Assembly: GCF_000014265.1 (NCBI RefSeq)
Contig: NC_008312.1
Coordinates: 3,930,001-3,962,000, forward strand
Origin: Trichodesmium erythraeum IMS101
Lineage (GTDB): Bacteria > Cyanobacteriota > Cyanobacteriia > Cyanobacteriales > Microcoleaceae
Length of the DNA stretch: 32,000 nt
Direction: 5' to 3'
Every line of letters begins with the position of its first letter. The stretch's first letter is position 1. Shown here in pieces: positions 17,029 through 26,895 of the stretch. The translations under genes and the position numbers were made by a program. Below the pieces are notes generated by a model. It made no database searches and was not told where the DNA came from. It saw only the letters and a list, made by a program, of their open reading frames with translations.

Positions 17029-20000
17029 TTATCTATAATCCAACAAAACCGGGATTTTGATTATGAACTCGCTACCTTTTCCTAGTTGAGAAATACAATA
17101 CAATTCTCCATTATGTTGCTCGGTAATAATTTGATGACTTATTAATAATCCTAATCCAGTTCCTTGACCAACTGGTTTAGTAGTAAAAAAGGGGTCAAAC
17201 ACTTTTTCCCGCACTTTTTCGCTCATTCCTATCCCATTATCAGCAATAGAGATTTGGACAGTTTTGTCGTTGTGTACCTCAGTAGTTATCCTAATTTCAG
17301 GAACAGCGGGACTGTCTGCCCTTGTTAAAGCATAGATCGCATTGGTAATAATATGCCAAAAGACTTGATTTAGTTGACTAGGGTAGCAGTTGATGAGAGG
17401 CAGTTTTCCGTAGTTTTTAATCAGAGTAATATCAGGACGACCCTTTTGATCTTGACAGCGATGTTGCAAGATCATTAACGTGTTTTCTAAACCTTCATGG
17501 ATATCTATCTCCTTACATTCTGATTCACCAAGACGAGAGAAATTGCGCAAACCGAGGACAATCTGGCGAATGCGATCGCTTCCATTTTGCATTGACTGGA
17601 ACAAGCGTTTTAAATCCTCACACAAAAAGTCTAGCTCAACCTCTACTAATTTATCTTGTATTGCTGGACTAGACTGGGGAAAGTTCTCTTGATAAAGGTC
17701 TATTAATTCCACTAAATCTCCAAAATATTCTTGAGCATGAAAAATATTCCCAGAGATAAAAGTAATGGGGTTGTTAATTTCGTGAGCAATTCCCGCTACC
17801 ATTTCCCCTAGAGAAGAAATTTTTTCAGCCTGAATTAATTGAGCTTGAGTACGCTGCAATTGTTCTAGGGTAGCCTGTAATTGTTGGTTATTTTCTTGTA
17901 GTTTCTGGGTTCTGATTTCCACTTCAGCCTCCAGGTTACGACTATAGTTTTCTAAACGACGATAGAGCAGAGCATTTTGGATAGAAATGGCTGCTTTTGC
18001 ACTCAAAAGATTGATAATTTCTATGGAAGATGAGGTAAAAACTTGAGTACATAGATAGTTTTCCAGATAGATAATACCGATAAGTTTTCCTTGGTTAAGC
18101 ATTGGGGTGCAACAAAGGCTTTTCGGCTTCTGTTGAGTAAAATATGGATCGCTAATGTATACATTCTCTTGGTCGAAATAATTAATCAATATCCTTTGTC
18201 GAGTTCGTTTTACCTTATTAATAATATTAACTGGTAGAACATTACTTAGATTTGGGGAGGCCTTCAAGAAACGACACTTGTTCTGATCACAGATGACAGA
18301 AATTTCCCAAGTACCAAAGTTATCTACAACTAGAACACCTTTATCTGCTCCAGCATTTTCGATAAGAACGTACATTAATTTAGAGAGCAAAACCTCAAGT
18401 TCAACTTCCTCAGAAAGAGCATGGAAGGCTTTAATGGCAGACTTTAGATCTAGTAATTGAAGAGAATTTTCTAGGGAGATGCTAGTAGTGGAGCTAATAG
18501 GTTTGACCTGTTGAAGGATGGGGTTAAGGAGTTGAGGATAGGTTTGTTCTAGTTGCTCAGTTTTAGCTTTGCTACCCCAATAAGCATATCCATAATAAGC
18601 CTCTTGCATATAACCAGCAGCAATTTTCTCTTTGCCCCATACAAGATAAAATTTTGCTGCCAGTTCGTTAGCCAGAGCTTCTTCCTGGAAATATTCATTT
18701 TCTTTTGCTCCAGCAATAGCGCGGTCGTAAAAATCTCCTGCTTGATACTTTTTACCTAAAACTCGATACTTTTCAGCTTCCACTAATTGCCATTTATGCA
18801 AATAATTCATCGGCGCATATTCTGACCAAAGGTGTAAATTATTCTGATTTTCTTGTACTTGTTGCAGTGAACTCCCAATATCTGAGGCAGACTCTTGAAG
18901 AGTAGCTAAAGTAATTAAAGAATCATAAAAATAAAAGCCCGCTTCACCAACCGTTCCCAGTCCTCCAGACAAATACTTTTTAGCTGCAATAGTATCAGCT
19001 TTTGCTGAAAGGATATCCCCTAAAATAAACTTTAAAATTCCCCGATGGAGATAATAATGAAAAATTTGAGCTAGATCATGGGATTTTAACATTTCAGTCA
19101 TCCAAGGCCTTCTATCATTACTGTCCTCAATTTCCAGATGAATATTTTCTGGATTTCCTAAGAGCAATACTGTTGCTTCCCAAAAAATCAAACAATATCT
19201 TTCAAAGTGTGACAGCTTGAATTTAACTGTTACCTCAATATATGCTTGGATTTGAACTACTAACTCTTTCAATGGTTTACCACACCAGAAAGAATTGAGA
19301 CAAAATCCGTAACTATAACGACCGAGATATTCAACTTTGCCTATTTCAAGAGCAGCCTGATAACCTGCTTCAAAAATTGACAATGTTTCCTGGAGGTGAT
19401 TTTGGTGATGATACAAACATAATCCAAGAGGGATGAAGGTTATAGCGGGAATATTTTTATCCTTGGCGTTAGAAGCTAAACGATAAGCTAATTCGCCCAA
19501 TTGATTGCTTGTATAAATATCTTTCTTAAAGTTCAGCATAAATATTCCATAAACCACATATCCAGTCGGTGAAAAGATACCATTACCATACTGAATTGAT
19601 AATTTAGTTTGTAAACTACCCAACAAAGCATACAGAGGAGAACCTGCTAGATAACAGCACGTAATCATTCTGGTAGATATTTTCAAAATCGCTAATTTTT
19701 CAGGATTTACCATAACTGGCAGGTGTAATAAATCCTCTATAGATCGATCGCCTATCAAAGCTTGAGTTTCTTCAATTTCATGCTCCAATTCAACAGAGGT
19801 AATAGTCTCGGGAAACTTAACTCCAAACTCTTCTAAAATTGACTTACCATAGGCGATCGCTTCTAGCAAATTATTTTGGGTAGTTAAAGCTTGGATTCTA
19901 ATTATATGACTGTCTACTTGATCTAATAAAGTTTTTCCATGCTCAATAACTGCATCTATCTGTTGATTCATTCCCTGAAAATCCCCATAAATTACAGATG

Positions 20001-22464
20001 CTTCTGCTACCAATTCATGTAATTGTAACATGGTTACATATTTTCGTTGCCAAGCTTTCCTACCAAGTAAGTCAATGCCAATTACTCCATACTCCCTTGC
20101 CGCTTTGTAGGCAGATCCTCCTTTAGCTTTACGACAAGCAACAAGATTAAGTTCCGCTAGTTCATCCCGTGCAACTTGTTCAGTAATTAAATTAACTCCA
20201 TAATTGAGTTGATTAACAATTTCAAAAATGTATCGTTCTCTGGTTTCTGGAGATATCTGCTCTAGGAGTAATTGCCCAATGTGATAATGGTTAGCTTCCT
20301 TTTGATCATCAGGAATTAGAGAATAGGCAGCTTGTTGGACGCGATCATGCAAAAAGCGATACCCCACATTTTCAATATATTCATAATCTACCTCTGTTTC
20401 ATCATTGCTGGTATAAAATTTATATACTTGACTTTGTAGCAAAATTAACTCTGCCTCTAAAGCTGACCACAAAGCTGTCATCACATCTGATTTCAATTGC
20501 TTGGCCACAATTGCTAATGTATCTAAGTCGAATTTGTTGCCAATACAAGCTGCTAATTTAAGTACCTGCTGAGTTTCCTTGGGTAACTTCAGCAACTTTT
20601 GTGACATAAACTCCACCACATCATCAGTGAGAGAAAGATCATTAATTTGGATTATATCACATTCCCAATAGCCCTGTTCGCGATTAAAAGTAATGTATCT
20701 ATCCTGATATAATCCTTTGAGGAACTGAGTTGTAAAAAAAGGATTTCCTTGAGTTTTCCGATTAATTAATTCCGTGAGTGGTTGCGAGATATCAGTTGAA
20801 CAATGTAAAGTATCAGCTACTAATTGATTCATATCGCGGAAAGCAAGAGATTGAAGAGTAATAGTATTAACAGTTGTACCCAGTTGTTTCAACTCCTCTA
20901 GCGCCAAAATCAATGGGTGTACTGATGAAACTTCATGATCTCGATAAGCTCCCAACAATAGTAGATAACTATTATCCTCCATCAACAGTTTAATCAATTT
21001 CAGAGAAGCTGTATCCGCCCAATGTAGATCATCCAAGAAAATTACCAGGGGATGTCTTTTATCTGTGAAAACTTCAATAAACTTTTGGAACAAGAAATTA
21101 AAACGATTCTCCACTGCATTGCCTGATAGTTCTGGTACAGCAGGTTGTTTACCAATTACTAACTCTAGTTCTGGAATCACATCAATTAATACTTGTCCGT
21201 TCTGCCCAACTGCCTCCAAGATTTTCGTTTTCCATGCAACAAACCGAGCATCAGGCTCAAACAACACTTGTTCCATTAAATTTCGCAGTGCTTGTAAAAA
21301 TGCTGACAAGGGAACATTTTGATTAAATTGGTCAAATTTACCTTGAATAAAGTAACCATGTTGAGCAGTAATTGGTTTATGAACTTCATTGATCACAGCA
21401 GTTTTACCAATACCCGAAAACCCTGCCAGCAGCATTATTTCAGATCTTGGAGCCCTATCCCCTTCTCCTTCAGATACCCGCTCAAAAGCAGCTAACAACT
21501 GCTTAACTTCCCTTTCCCGTCCGTAGAGTTTTTCAGGAATGAGGAAGTGAGTGCTAAAATCTAGCCTTCCTAATTGAAACTTAGCTATTTCTCCTCTAGC
21601 TTCCCATTGTTGCAAACAATTTTCTAGATCATACTTCAAACCCAATGCACTTTGATAACGATCTTCAGGATTTTTCCCCATCAATTTCATGACAATGTTA
21701 ATTACCATCTGAGGTATTTGTGGAATACAAACCCCATTTCTTAATTCCTTGTTCTCAAAGATTGGTAATTTAGCAATATGGCAATGTACTAACTCCATTG
21801 GATCATCCGTGGTAAAAGGTAACTCACCTGTAAGTAGTTCAAAGAACGTAACACCCAAAGAATAAAAGTCCACGCGATAATCAATACCCCGGTTCATCCG
21901 CCCAGTTTGTTCCGGAGAGATGTAGGCCAGAGTTCCTTGTAGCACATTGGGGTGGGTAACTTCCTGTTGTGCTTTGGGCAACAAACTAGCAATATTAAAA
22001 TCAATCAGTTGAATTTGTTGAGTTTTGGGATAAATCAAGATATTGGCGGGTTTAATATCTTTGTGGATGATGCGCTTTTGGTTCAGATAATGTAGAGATT
22101 CAGTTAGTTGAATAGCAATTCTCAAAAATTCCCCAAGGTTTTGTTCTAATTCAGTATCAACACTTTTCAAACCCCCATGCCAATAAGATGAAAGGGCGAT
22201 CGCTCCATTATCTGGCATCACTAAAGCATAACCATTACCGTAACGTTCCAGAGCAAGAGGTTGTAAAATATTGGGGTGTTGCAGATGGCGACTTAGCATA
22301 TATTGGTTGTGAAATTGTACCAGCTCATTAAATTTGGGGTTAACATTGGCTAAGACTTTGATAATTACAGGTTTGTTGTCACTATTGCGTGTACCTCTAT
22401 AAACTTCTGTTCTTGTTCCTTGGTAGATAATTTCAGTTATATGGTAACCAGTTAGAGTAATCAT
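17029..22464 (-). CDS. Multidomain Ser/Thr protein kinase - AAA/STAND-like NTPase - helical/TPR-like - GAF - histidine kinase (HstK-type dual kinase)
   Basis: 1811 aa from ATG 22464; the track start is TTG 22488. Kinase motifs: VIIKVL, HKDIKPANIL (HKD codons at nt ~22057-22065), LIDFNIAS (DFN in place of DFG) and GTLAYISPEQ. NTPase: Walker A LLAGFSGIGKTAV and Walker B VIFLDDLHWAD. A GAF-like block spans LIENAGADKGVLVV...GKLIGIIYLEN. Histidine kinase: H-box MVAGIAHEINNPITF, N-box HIITNAIYAL, G-boxes ADNGIGM and GTGLGL. Confidence 0.9.
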   Translation of the reverse strand: MITLTGYHITEIIYQGTRTEVYRGTRNSDNKPVIIKVLANVNPKFNELVQFHNQYMLSRHLQHPNILQPLALERYGNGYALVMPDNGAIALSSYWHGGLKSVDTELEQNLGEFLRIAIQLTESLHYLNQKRIIHKDIKPANILIYPKTQQIQLIDFNIASLLPKAQQEVTHPNVLQGTLAYISPEQTGRMNRGIDYRVDFYSLGVTFFELLTGELPFTTDDPMELVHCHIAKLPIFENKELRNGVCIPQIPQMVINIVMKLMGKNPEDRYQSALGLKYDLENCLQQWEARGEIAKFQLGRLDFSTHFLIPEKLYGREREVKQLLAAFERVSEGEGDRAPRSEIMLLAGFSGIGKTAVINEVHKPITAQHGYFIQGKFDQFNQNVPLSAFLQALRNLMEQVLFEPDARFVAWKTKILEAVGQNGQVLIDVIPELELVIGKQPAVPELSGNAVENRFNFLFQKFIEVFTDKRHPLVIFLDDLHWADTASLKLIKLLMEDNSYLLLLGAYRDHEVSSVHPLILALEELKQLGTTVNTITLQSLAFRDMNQLVADTLHCSTDISQPLTELINRKTQGNPFFTTQFLKGLYQDRYITFNREQGYWECDIIQINDLSLTDDVVEFMSQKLLKLPKETQQVLKLAACIGNKFDLDTLAIVAKQLKSDVMTALWSALEAELILLQSQVYKFYTSNDETEVDYEYIENVGYRFLHDRVQQAAYSLIPDDQKEANHYHIGQLLLEQISPETRERYIFEIVNQLNYGVNLITEQVARDELAELNLVACRKAKGGSAYKAAREYGVIGIDLLGRKAWQRKYVTMLQLHELVAEASVIYGDFQGMNQQIDAVIEHGKTLLDQVDSHIIRIQALTTQNNLLEAIAYGKSILEEFGVKFPETITSVELEHEIEETQALIGDRSIEDLLHLPVMVNPEKLAILKISTRMITCCYLAGSPLYALLGSLQTKLSIQYGNGIFSPTGYVVYGIFMLNFKKDIYTSNQLGELAYRLASNAKDKNIPAITFIPLGLCLYHHQNHLQETLSIFEAGYQAALEIGKVEYLGRYSYGFCLNSFWCGKPLKELVVQIQAYIEVTVKFKLSHFERYCLIFWEATVLLLGNPENIHLEIEDSNDRRPWMTEMLKSHDLAQIFHYYLHRGILKFILGDILSAKADTIAAKKYLSGGLGTVGEAGFYFYDSLITLATLQESASDIGSSLQQVQENQNNLHLWSEYAPMNYLHKWQLVEAEKYRVLGKKYQAGDFYDRAIAGAKENEYFQEEALANELAAKFYLVWGKEKIAAGYMQEAYYGYAYWGSKAKTEQLEQTYPQLLNPILQQVKPISSTTSISLENSLQLLDLKSAIKAFHALSEEVELEVLLSKLMYVLIENAGADKGVLVVDNFGTWEISVICDQNKCRFLKASPNLSNVLPVNIINKVKRTRQRILINYFDQENVYISDPYFTQQKPKSLCCTPMLNQGKLIGIIYLENYLCTQVFTSSSIEIINLLSAKAAISIQNALLYRRLENYSRNLEAEVEIRTQKLQENNQQLQATLEQLQRTQAQLIQAEKISSLGEMVAGIAHEINNPITFISGNIFHAQEYFGDLVELIDLYQENFPQSSPAIQDKLVEVELDFLCEDLKRLFQSMQNGSDRIRQIVLGLRNFSRLGESECKEIDIHEGLENTLMILQHRCQDQKGRPDITLIKNYGKLPLINCYPSQLNQVFWHIITNAIYALTRADSPAVPEIRITTEVHNDKTVQISIADNGIGMSEKVREKVFDPFFTTKPVGQGTGLGLLISHQIITEQHNGELYCISQLGKGSEFIIKIPVLLDYR

Positions 22465-22542
22465 AATTATGTTCGAGATAATTGACAATTTGATATTGTT
22501 TTATTGACTTTCCAGAATTCTACTTATACGATAGTTTTTTTG

Positions 22543-22590
22543 ACCCTGACTTCTAATCTTTTTCCAAATACCCTGACTTCTAATCTTTTT
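22543..22590. repeat. 21-nt direct repeat ACCCTGACTTCTAATCTTTTT x2 (27-nt period) just upstream of the kinase gene
   Basis: Identical 21-mers at 22543-22563 and 22570-22590, about 80-125 nt upstream of the kinase start on the minus strand. Confidence 0.85.
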
Positions 22591-23452
22591 CTAAATTCCT
22601 GATTATTTCGGATTCTAGACAAGTAGACTTTTATCTATAATAGTCTATAATGATAAAATTTAAAACTTCATTCAAATCATCAAGATTTCTCAACAGGTAC
22701 CAAGCTCGTTTTTCCATAGATCTGATTATATACACCTTTCCAATTTTTAGCCAGTTAAATAAACTACACCATAGAATTCCAAGTACTCAACAACTACAAC
22801 AGGACTTACGCAAAGAAACTATATATATATATATAATGTATGGCAAAAAAGTGCGATCTTCACTATATCCTTTAGGCTCAGGTGAACCGCCACCCGGAGC
22901 GAAGGCTTTACTATTTTTCTTGAAAAAAGCTTCAGTTTTATAATAGAGTTTTTGGGAATTAAGGAAAAAAAAACGACTAAAACCTAAACAAGTTTATTTA
23001 GGTTTTAGGGTGCTTTTTAGTATTAAAATCCTAAAAATTTTATATAGTAAGCGTTTTATAATTTCCAATTTGACCACATCCAACAACTCTAATTAAATAC
23101 TTTTCAATTCAAATGAAACGTATTGCAATTATGAGCTCAGACCCAACCGATAATAATTCGTAGCTTTTCTTTGTAAATACTTTTTTCTATTTTGACAGGA
23201 AAATTTATTCAGAAATTCCACACGCTCCATCTCACAAGCAATAAATTTTTCTGAATTATTCCTAAAGGTCACACTGCATGGGTCCTAGACCTGTGAATTG
23301 CTTGATTATAGCGTGAAATCATTCTCCAAACTCATTGGCTATGAAATTCACATTTTACAGCTCTCAGTAATGATTAATTGAAGTCATATTTTGACAAGAC
23401 GTTAGTAAATTAGGGTATAATATTTCCCAAAAGCCCTTATAAGTAAACTTTA

Positions 23453-23560
23453 ATGCAATGCCCTGAATGTAAATCAACCCAAGTTAACAACAGTGAAAAA
23501 AAGAAAGGAAAACACCAATTACATCTGTCTACACTCCCTACCATAAACCGCTATGTTTAA
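23453..23560 (+). pseudogene. Remnant of an IS1-like transposase N-terminal zinc-finger (truncated)
   Basis: ATG 23453 encodes MQCPECKSTQVNNSEKKKGKHQLHLSTLPTINRYV*. The CPxC..K(N)G..GK start is the pattern of IS1/InsA-type transposase N-termini, but the second Cys pair is lost and the frame stops after 35 aa. A near-consensus promoter (TTGACA-N19-TATAAT) lies ~60 nt upstream. Confidence 0.35.
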
Positions 23561-23818
23561 GCTCAAAGTGATAAATGGATCTAAGTTGCAACAACGACAA
23601 TTCGATAATTAAGCAGTGGAGTTATTCATACAATGTGCCAGACTAAACCGTATAATTTAAACAGGTAAACCCAAAAGCTACAAAATTAAAATCTATTCAA
23701 CTCCAACTAAGGGAAATTCTCACTTTAGCGGAGCAAGTTCAGCAGCTAGATCGCCACTTTCATGAAATAAAGCCATTCACCCTTCTTAAATTCAGAGATG
23801 TTCCCGTACCATTAACTC

Positions 23819-23851
23819 AAAAAAAAAAGTAGCGGTTTAGCGATCGCATAC
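23819..23851 (-). terminator. Candidate intrinsic terminator after the M23 peptidase gene
   Basis: The minus strand reads GTA(T)GCG-atcgctaaac-CGCTAC followed by T10 (plus-strand A-run 23819-23828). It lies 38 nt past the stop. The stem is short, with one bulge. Confidence 0.5.
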
Positions 23852-23888
23852 TTTCTTAATCATACCTTCATTTACCAACGCCCTTTTT

Positions 23889-24944
23889 TCAATTTAATTG
23901 AACCTCTTTTGTAATATTTACTAATACTTGGTCACCTCTAGTCAAACTATACTCACCTCTCCATTTACCTATAGGAAGGGACTGAGAATTATTGCGTTTA
24001 CCCACATACCCCATCCATGTCTTGTGAGCAGATTTCATTTCCTTTTTATTGTCTATAACCCCCTCACCATTAGGAGCAAATAATTGATAATGTTCTTTAT
24101 CCCCAGGCAAAACCCCATAAATTTGTACCCAAAATATTAATGCCGCACTATTTCCTGCTAAAACAGTATCGTAAAATTTGCCAGACCACAAATCATCCAT
24201 AGTTGGCGCAACAGTAGCAAACCCACTTCTAATAATTCCAGTTGGTTTATAACTCAACGGTTCTTCCCAAATTGAATTACGAGGAACATTACAACCACTC
24301 TTAACATTCACTCCAACAAATGGATCTACAATTTCTCCTTGATATCGAACACTTAAATGAACATGAGGAAAAGAAGATAAACCAGATGTTCCTACTATTC
24401 CCAGTTGAGTACCTGCTTTGACAACCGTTCCTGGTTTCACAACAACACTACCATTACGGAGATGACAGTATTGAGCTTCCCAACCATTACCATGATCTAT
24501 GACTATTCCATTTCCACATTCAATATTCTTAACCGCATCCCGATCTGCTGTATCTATTATTCGGCGATCTGGTATTCCGTCTCTGGTTCGTAGCACTTTA
24601 CCAGGCGCCACAGCTGTCACAGCTACACCTTGTGCCATAATTTTTTCATCAGGTATAGCAAAATCTGTTCCTTTGTGACCATCGTAAGTTTGCCTGCCAC
24701 AACCAAAATCTAGTTCTTTCGGACTAGGATCGCGATCGCTATACAACAGAATAAAGCAGTCTTTGTCAAGCTTACATTCAATAGGTAGAGCAAATTTTGG
24801 ATTATTTGATACCTGAGCAATAGAATTTTCAAAGACAGAATTTTGAAATAGTCGGGTATGAGCATTAGCACTTAGCAGGTAGTTAGTTACTAATGCTATT
24901 ACTAATGCAGTAACAAAACCATAAAAATAATTTTTCAGTTTCAT
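23889..24944 (-). CDS. M23 (LytM/lysostaphin-type) metallopeptidase, N-terminally anchored or secreted
   Basis: 351 aa with hydrophobic N-terminus MKLKNYFYGFVTALVIALVTNYLL. HxxxD motif in YDGHKGTDFAIP. M23 core GNGIVIDHGNGWEAQYCHLRNGSVVVKPGTVVKAGTQLGIVGTSG. HxH motif in SFPHVHLSV. Confidence 0.85.
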   Translation of the reverse strand: MKLKNYFYGFVTALVIALVTNYLLSANAHTRLFQNSVFENSIAQVSNNPKFALPIECKLDKDCFILLYSDRDPSPKELDFGCGRQTYDGHKGTDFAIPDEKIMAQGVAVTAVAPGKVLRTRDGIPDRRIIDTADRDAVKNIECGNGIVIDHGNGWEAQYCHLRNGSVVVKPGTVVKAGTQLGIVGTSGLSSFPHVHLSVRYQGEIVDPFVGVNVKSGCNVPRNSIWEEPLSYKPTGIIRSGFATVAPTMDDLWSGKFYDTVLAGNSAALIFWVQIYGVLPGDKEHYQLFAPNGEGVIDNKKEMKSAHKTWMGYVGKRNNSQSLPIGKWRGEYSLTRGDQVLVNITKEVQLN

Positions 24945-25555
24945 CAGTATCTAGTTAATAAATATTTCTAATATTAGTTATTTTCATAAATTATCTCAAT
25001 ACTTAGAAAAATCTAGTAATTCAAAGCTTTTTTCAAACTTATAAATAGGAATCTATCCTAATCTCATCTTTCCAATAAAGTCAATTTCAGATGTTTCTCA
25101 GAACTAAATTTCTAACAAAAACATCTATAACTATAGACTAAATTCAAAAAATTGTCAACTACAACCAATACAGATTTCGATTAATTTACCCGATATATTC
25201 AAGATGTAGATAAAGTTGATAGAAAAAACTATATCTATGCCAAGGTCATCTGAAGCAGTTGCCTCTATAGACCTTGATCATTTGATTTAGCTTGAGAATA
25301 CAATTGAAAACTTATTGATATTACTTCTTATTTAGCTCTCAGTAAGACTAATCCATAGATGGATTTTAACTGTCACATCTGAAAATCAGCTCAATCAAGA
25401 ATTGATACCATTAAGTAAACTAGACAATTCTGCAATTAACTTGTTTAATTTACCAAGATATCCTAAAACATCTTGGTCGAGCTAGTACAATTTGCTTTCT
25501 CGAATAGATTCAATCAACTTTCATTTAGATGTAAAACTAATCAGGAGTGTCGATA

Positions 25556-26104
25556 ATGGCAAAAATTGGTATCTTTTACGGTAGCACATCCGGCGTCACC
25601 GAAGAAATCGCTACAGCATTACACGAAAAAATTGGCGAAGAACTTTGCGATATCTATAGTATGGAAGAAGATTATGATGAATATAGTCAACTTCTTGATT
25701 ACGATTATCTATTATTAGGTTGTTCGACCTGGGGAGCAGGAGAGGTACAGAATGACTGGCGCGAACCACTTTTTGACATGGATATCGAAAAACCTGATTT
25801 TACTGGAAAAACTATTGCCTTATTTGGTGCAGCAGATCAAGTCAGTCATGGAAAGCACTTTGCTGGTGCATTACAAATTATGTGCGACCACTTTGAGAAA
25901 CTTGGTGCAACTGTAGTGGGAGAGTTTCCCATTGAAGGTTACAGTTTTGAGCACTGCTCTGCCGTCCGTAATGGTAAATTCGTGGGATTACCAATTGATG
26001 AAATTAATCAAAGCGATCTAACTGAAGATAGAATTACACAATGGGTAGAAACCCTACGCCCCATTTTTTTAGGTGAAGAAAGTTCTGTCTTATTGGCTGC
26101 TTAG
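25556..26104 (+). CDS. isiB: Long-chain flavodoxin
   Basis: MAKIGIFYGSTSGVTEEIA (FMN phosphate loop), LLLGCSTWGAGEVQNDW, ALFGAADQ and RNGKFVGLPIDEINQSDLTEDRITQWV align along the full length with cyanobacterial flavodoxin. AGGAG lies 8 nt upstream of ATG 25556. The track start GTG 25547 adds 3 residues. Confidence 0.9.
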   Translation: MAKIGIFYGSTSGVTEEIATALHEKIGEELCDIYSMEEDYDEYSQLLDYDYLLLGCSTWGAGEVQNDWREPLFDMDIEKPDFTGKTIALFGAADQVSHGKHFAGALQIMCDHFEKLGATVVGEFPIEGYSFEHCSAVRNGKFVGLPIDEINQSDLTEDRITQWVETLRPIFLGEESSVLLAA

Positions 26105-26721
26105 GTAGGAAAATTTATATAGCACCCAACACGCAACAGTAGGAAAAATTTTACTGTAAAAGATTTCTCCAAATCTCAATAATTGAAATCTTGATACCAA
26201 TTTAGGTAGCGATCGCTGTGGAGGCGGCAACCTAAAAAAAACCACCGGAGGAAGTTATTCAGGTAAATTTATCTCTTGGTTAAATAACCGACACCCAGTT
26301 TTTAACCCAGATTAATTTAGAATGGGAGTCAAAAACTCTTAGTCTATTATATAAGCCCTAGTAAGGTGAAACTAAAGCTTCCAAAGGATGAGGAGGATGT
26401 TTGCCCTTAACAGCTGTTGCCGTAGCATTCCCCCCGTGAAAAGTAAGCATGCAGCTAAAGCAGCGATTTATTGCTCCAATATTGCTCAGTAAAACTATCC
26501 GGAAAGTTCAAAAAAGGAAAAAAGTAAGCTCACAGCTAGATTTATGTCTATGTTGAAGACTGTAGGAGTCTGTTAGTAGCCTTGAAGCAAATGTGTATTT
26601 CCCATTTGCGATAGGCTAACCGCAGAGTTCCAGGGCGTTTCAAACCCTGGAAATGTTAAATCATCATCTATTGTATCTGTAAAAAATTGTTTTGTTTGCA
26701 TCAGTTCATCTCCTTTTGGGC

Positions 26722-26753
26722 TGGGGAATATATTATTCCCCAACTTTTTTTTT
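26722..26753 (+). terminator. Strong plus-strand intrinsic terminator with no annotated plus-strand gene immediately upstream
   Basis: TGGGGAATA-tat-TATTCCCCA (9-bp perfect stem, 26722-26742), then AC and T9 (26745-26753). It lies 620 nt downstream of the flavodoxin stop. Confidence 0.6.
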
Positions 26754-26895
26754 ATTTATGGTAGTTTTCAAATAGAGTAACCAATAACTTAGAGTCAAAC
26801 CGAAAAATCCTTACTTTGAGCTATCTTAACTTGCTCTAACTCCTCTGTAATTGTTTCTCTTAGTGTAATGAACCTATCTTTTCCTGTAGATTTTT

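Noticed and set aside
22650-22943. 97-aa ORF in the gene desert
   Set aside because: It has no motif, a biased composition (K/F/S/I) and no ribosome-binding site. It lies in AT-rich spacer where an ORF of this length can occur by chance.
25304-25321. Fur-box-like sequence GAGAATACAATTGAAAAC upstream of the flavodoxin gene
   Set aside because: Only about 9 of 18 positions match the GATAATGATAATCATTATC consensus. In AT-rich DNA this is not distinguishable from chance.
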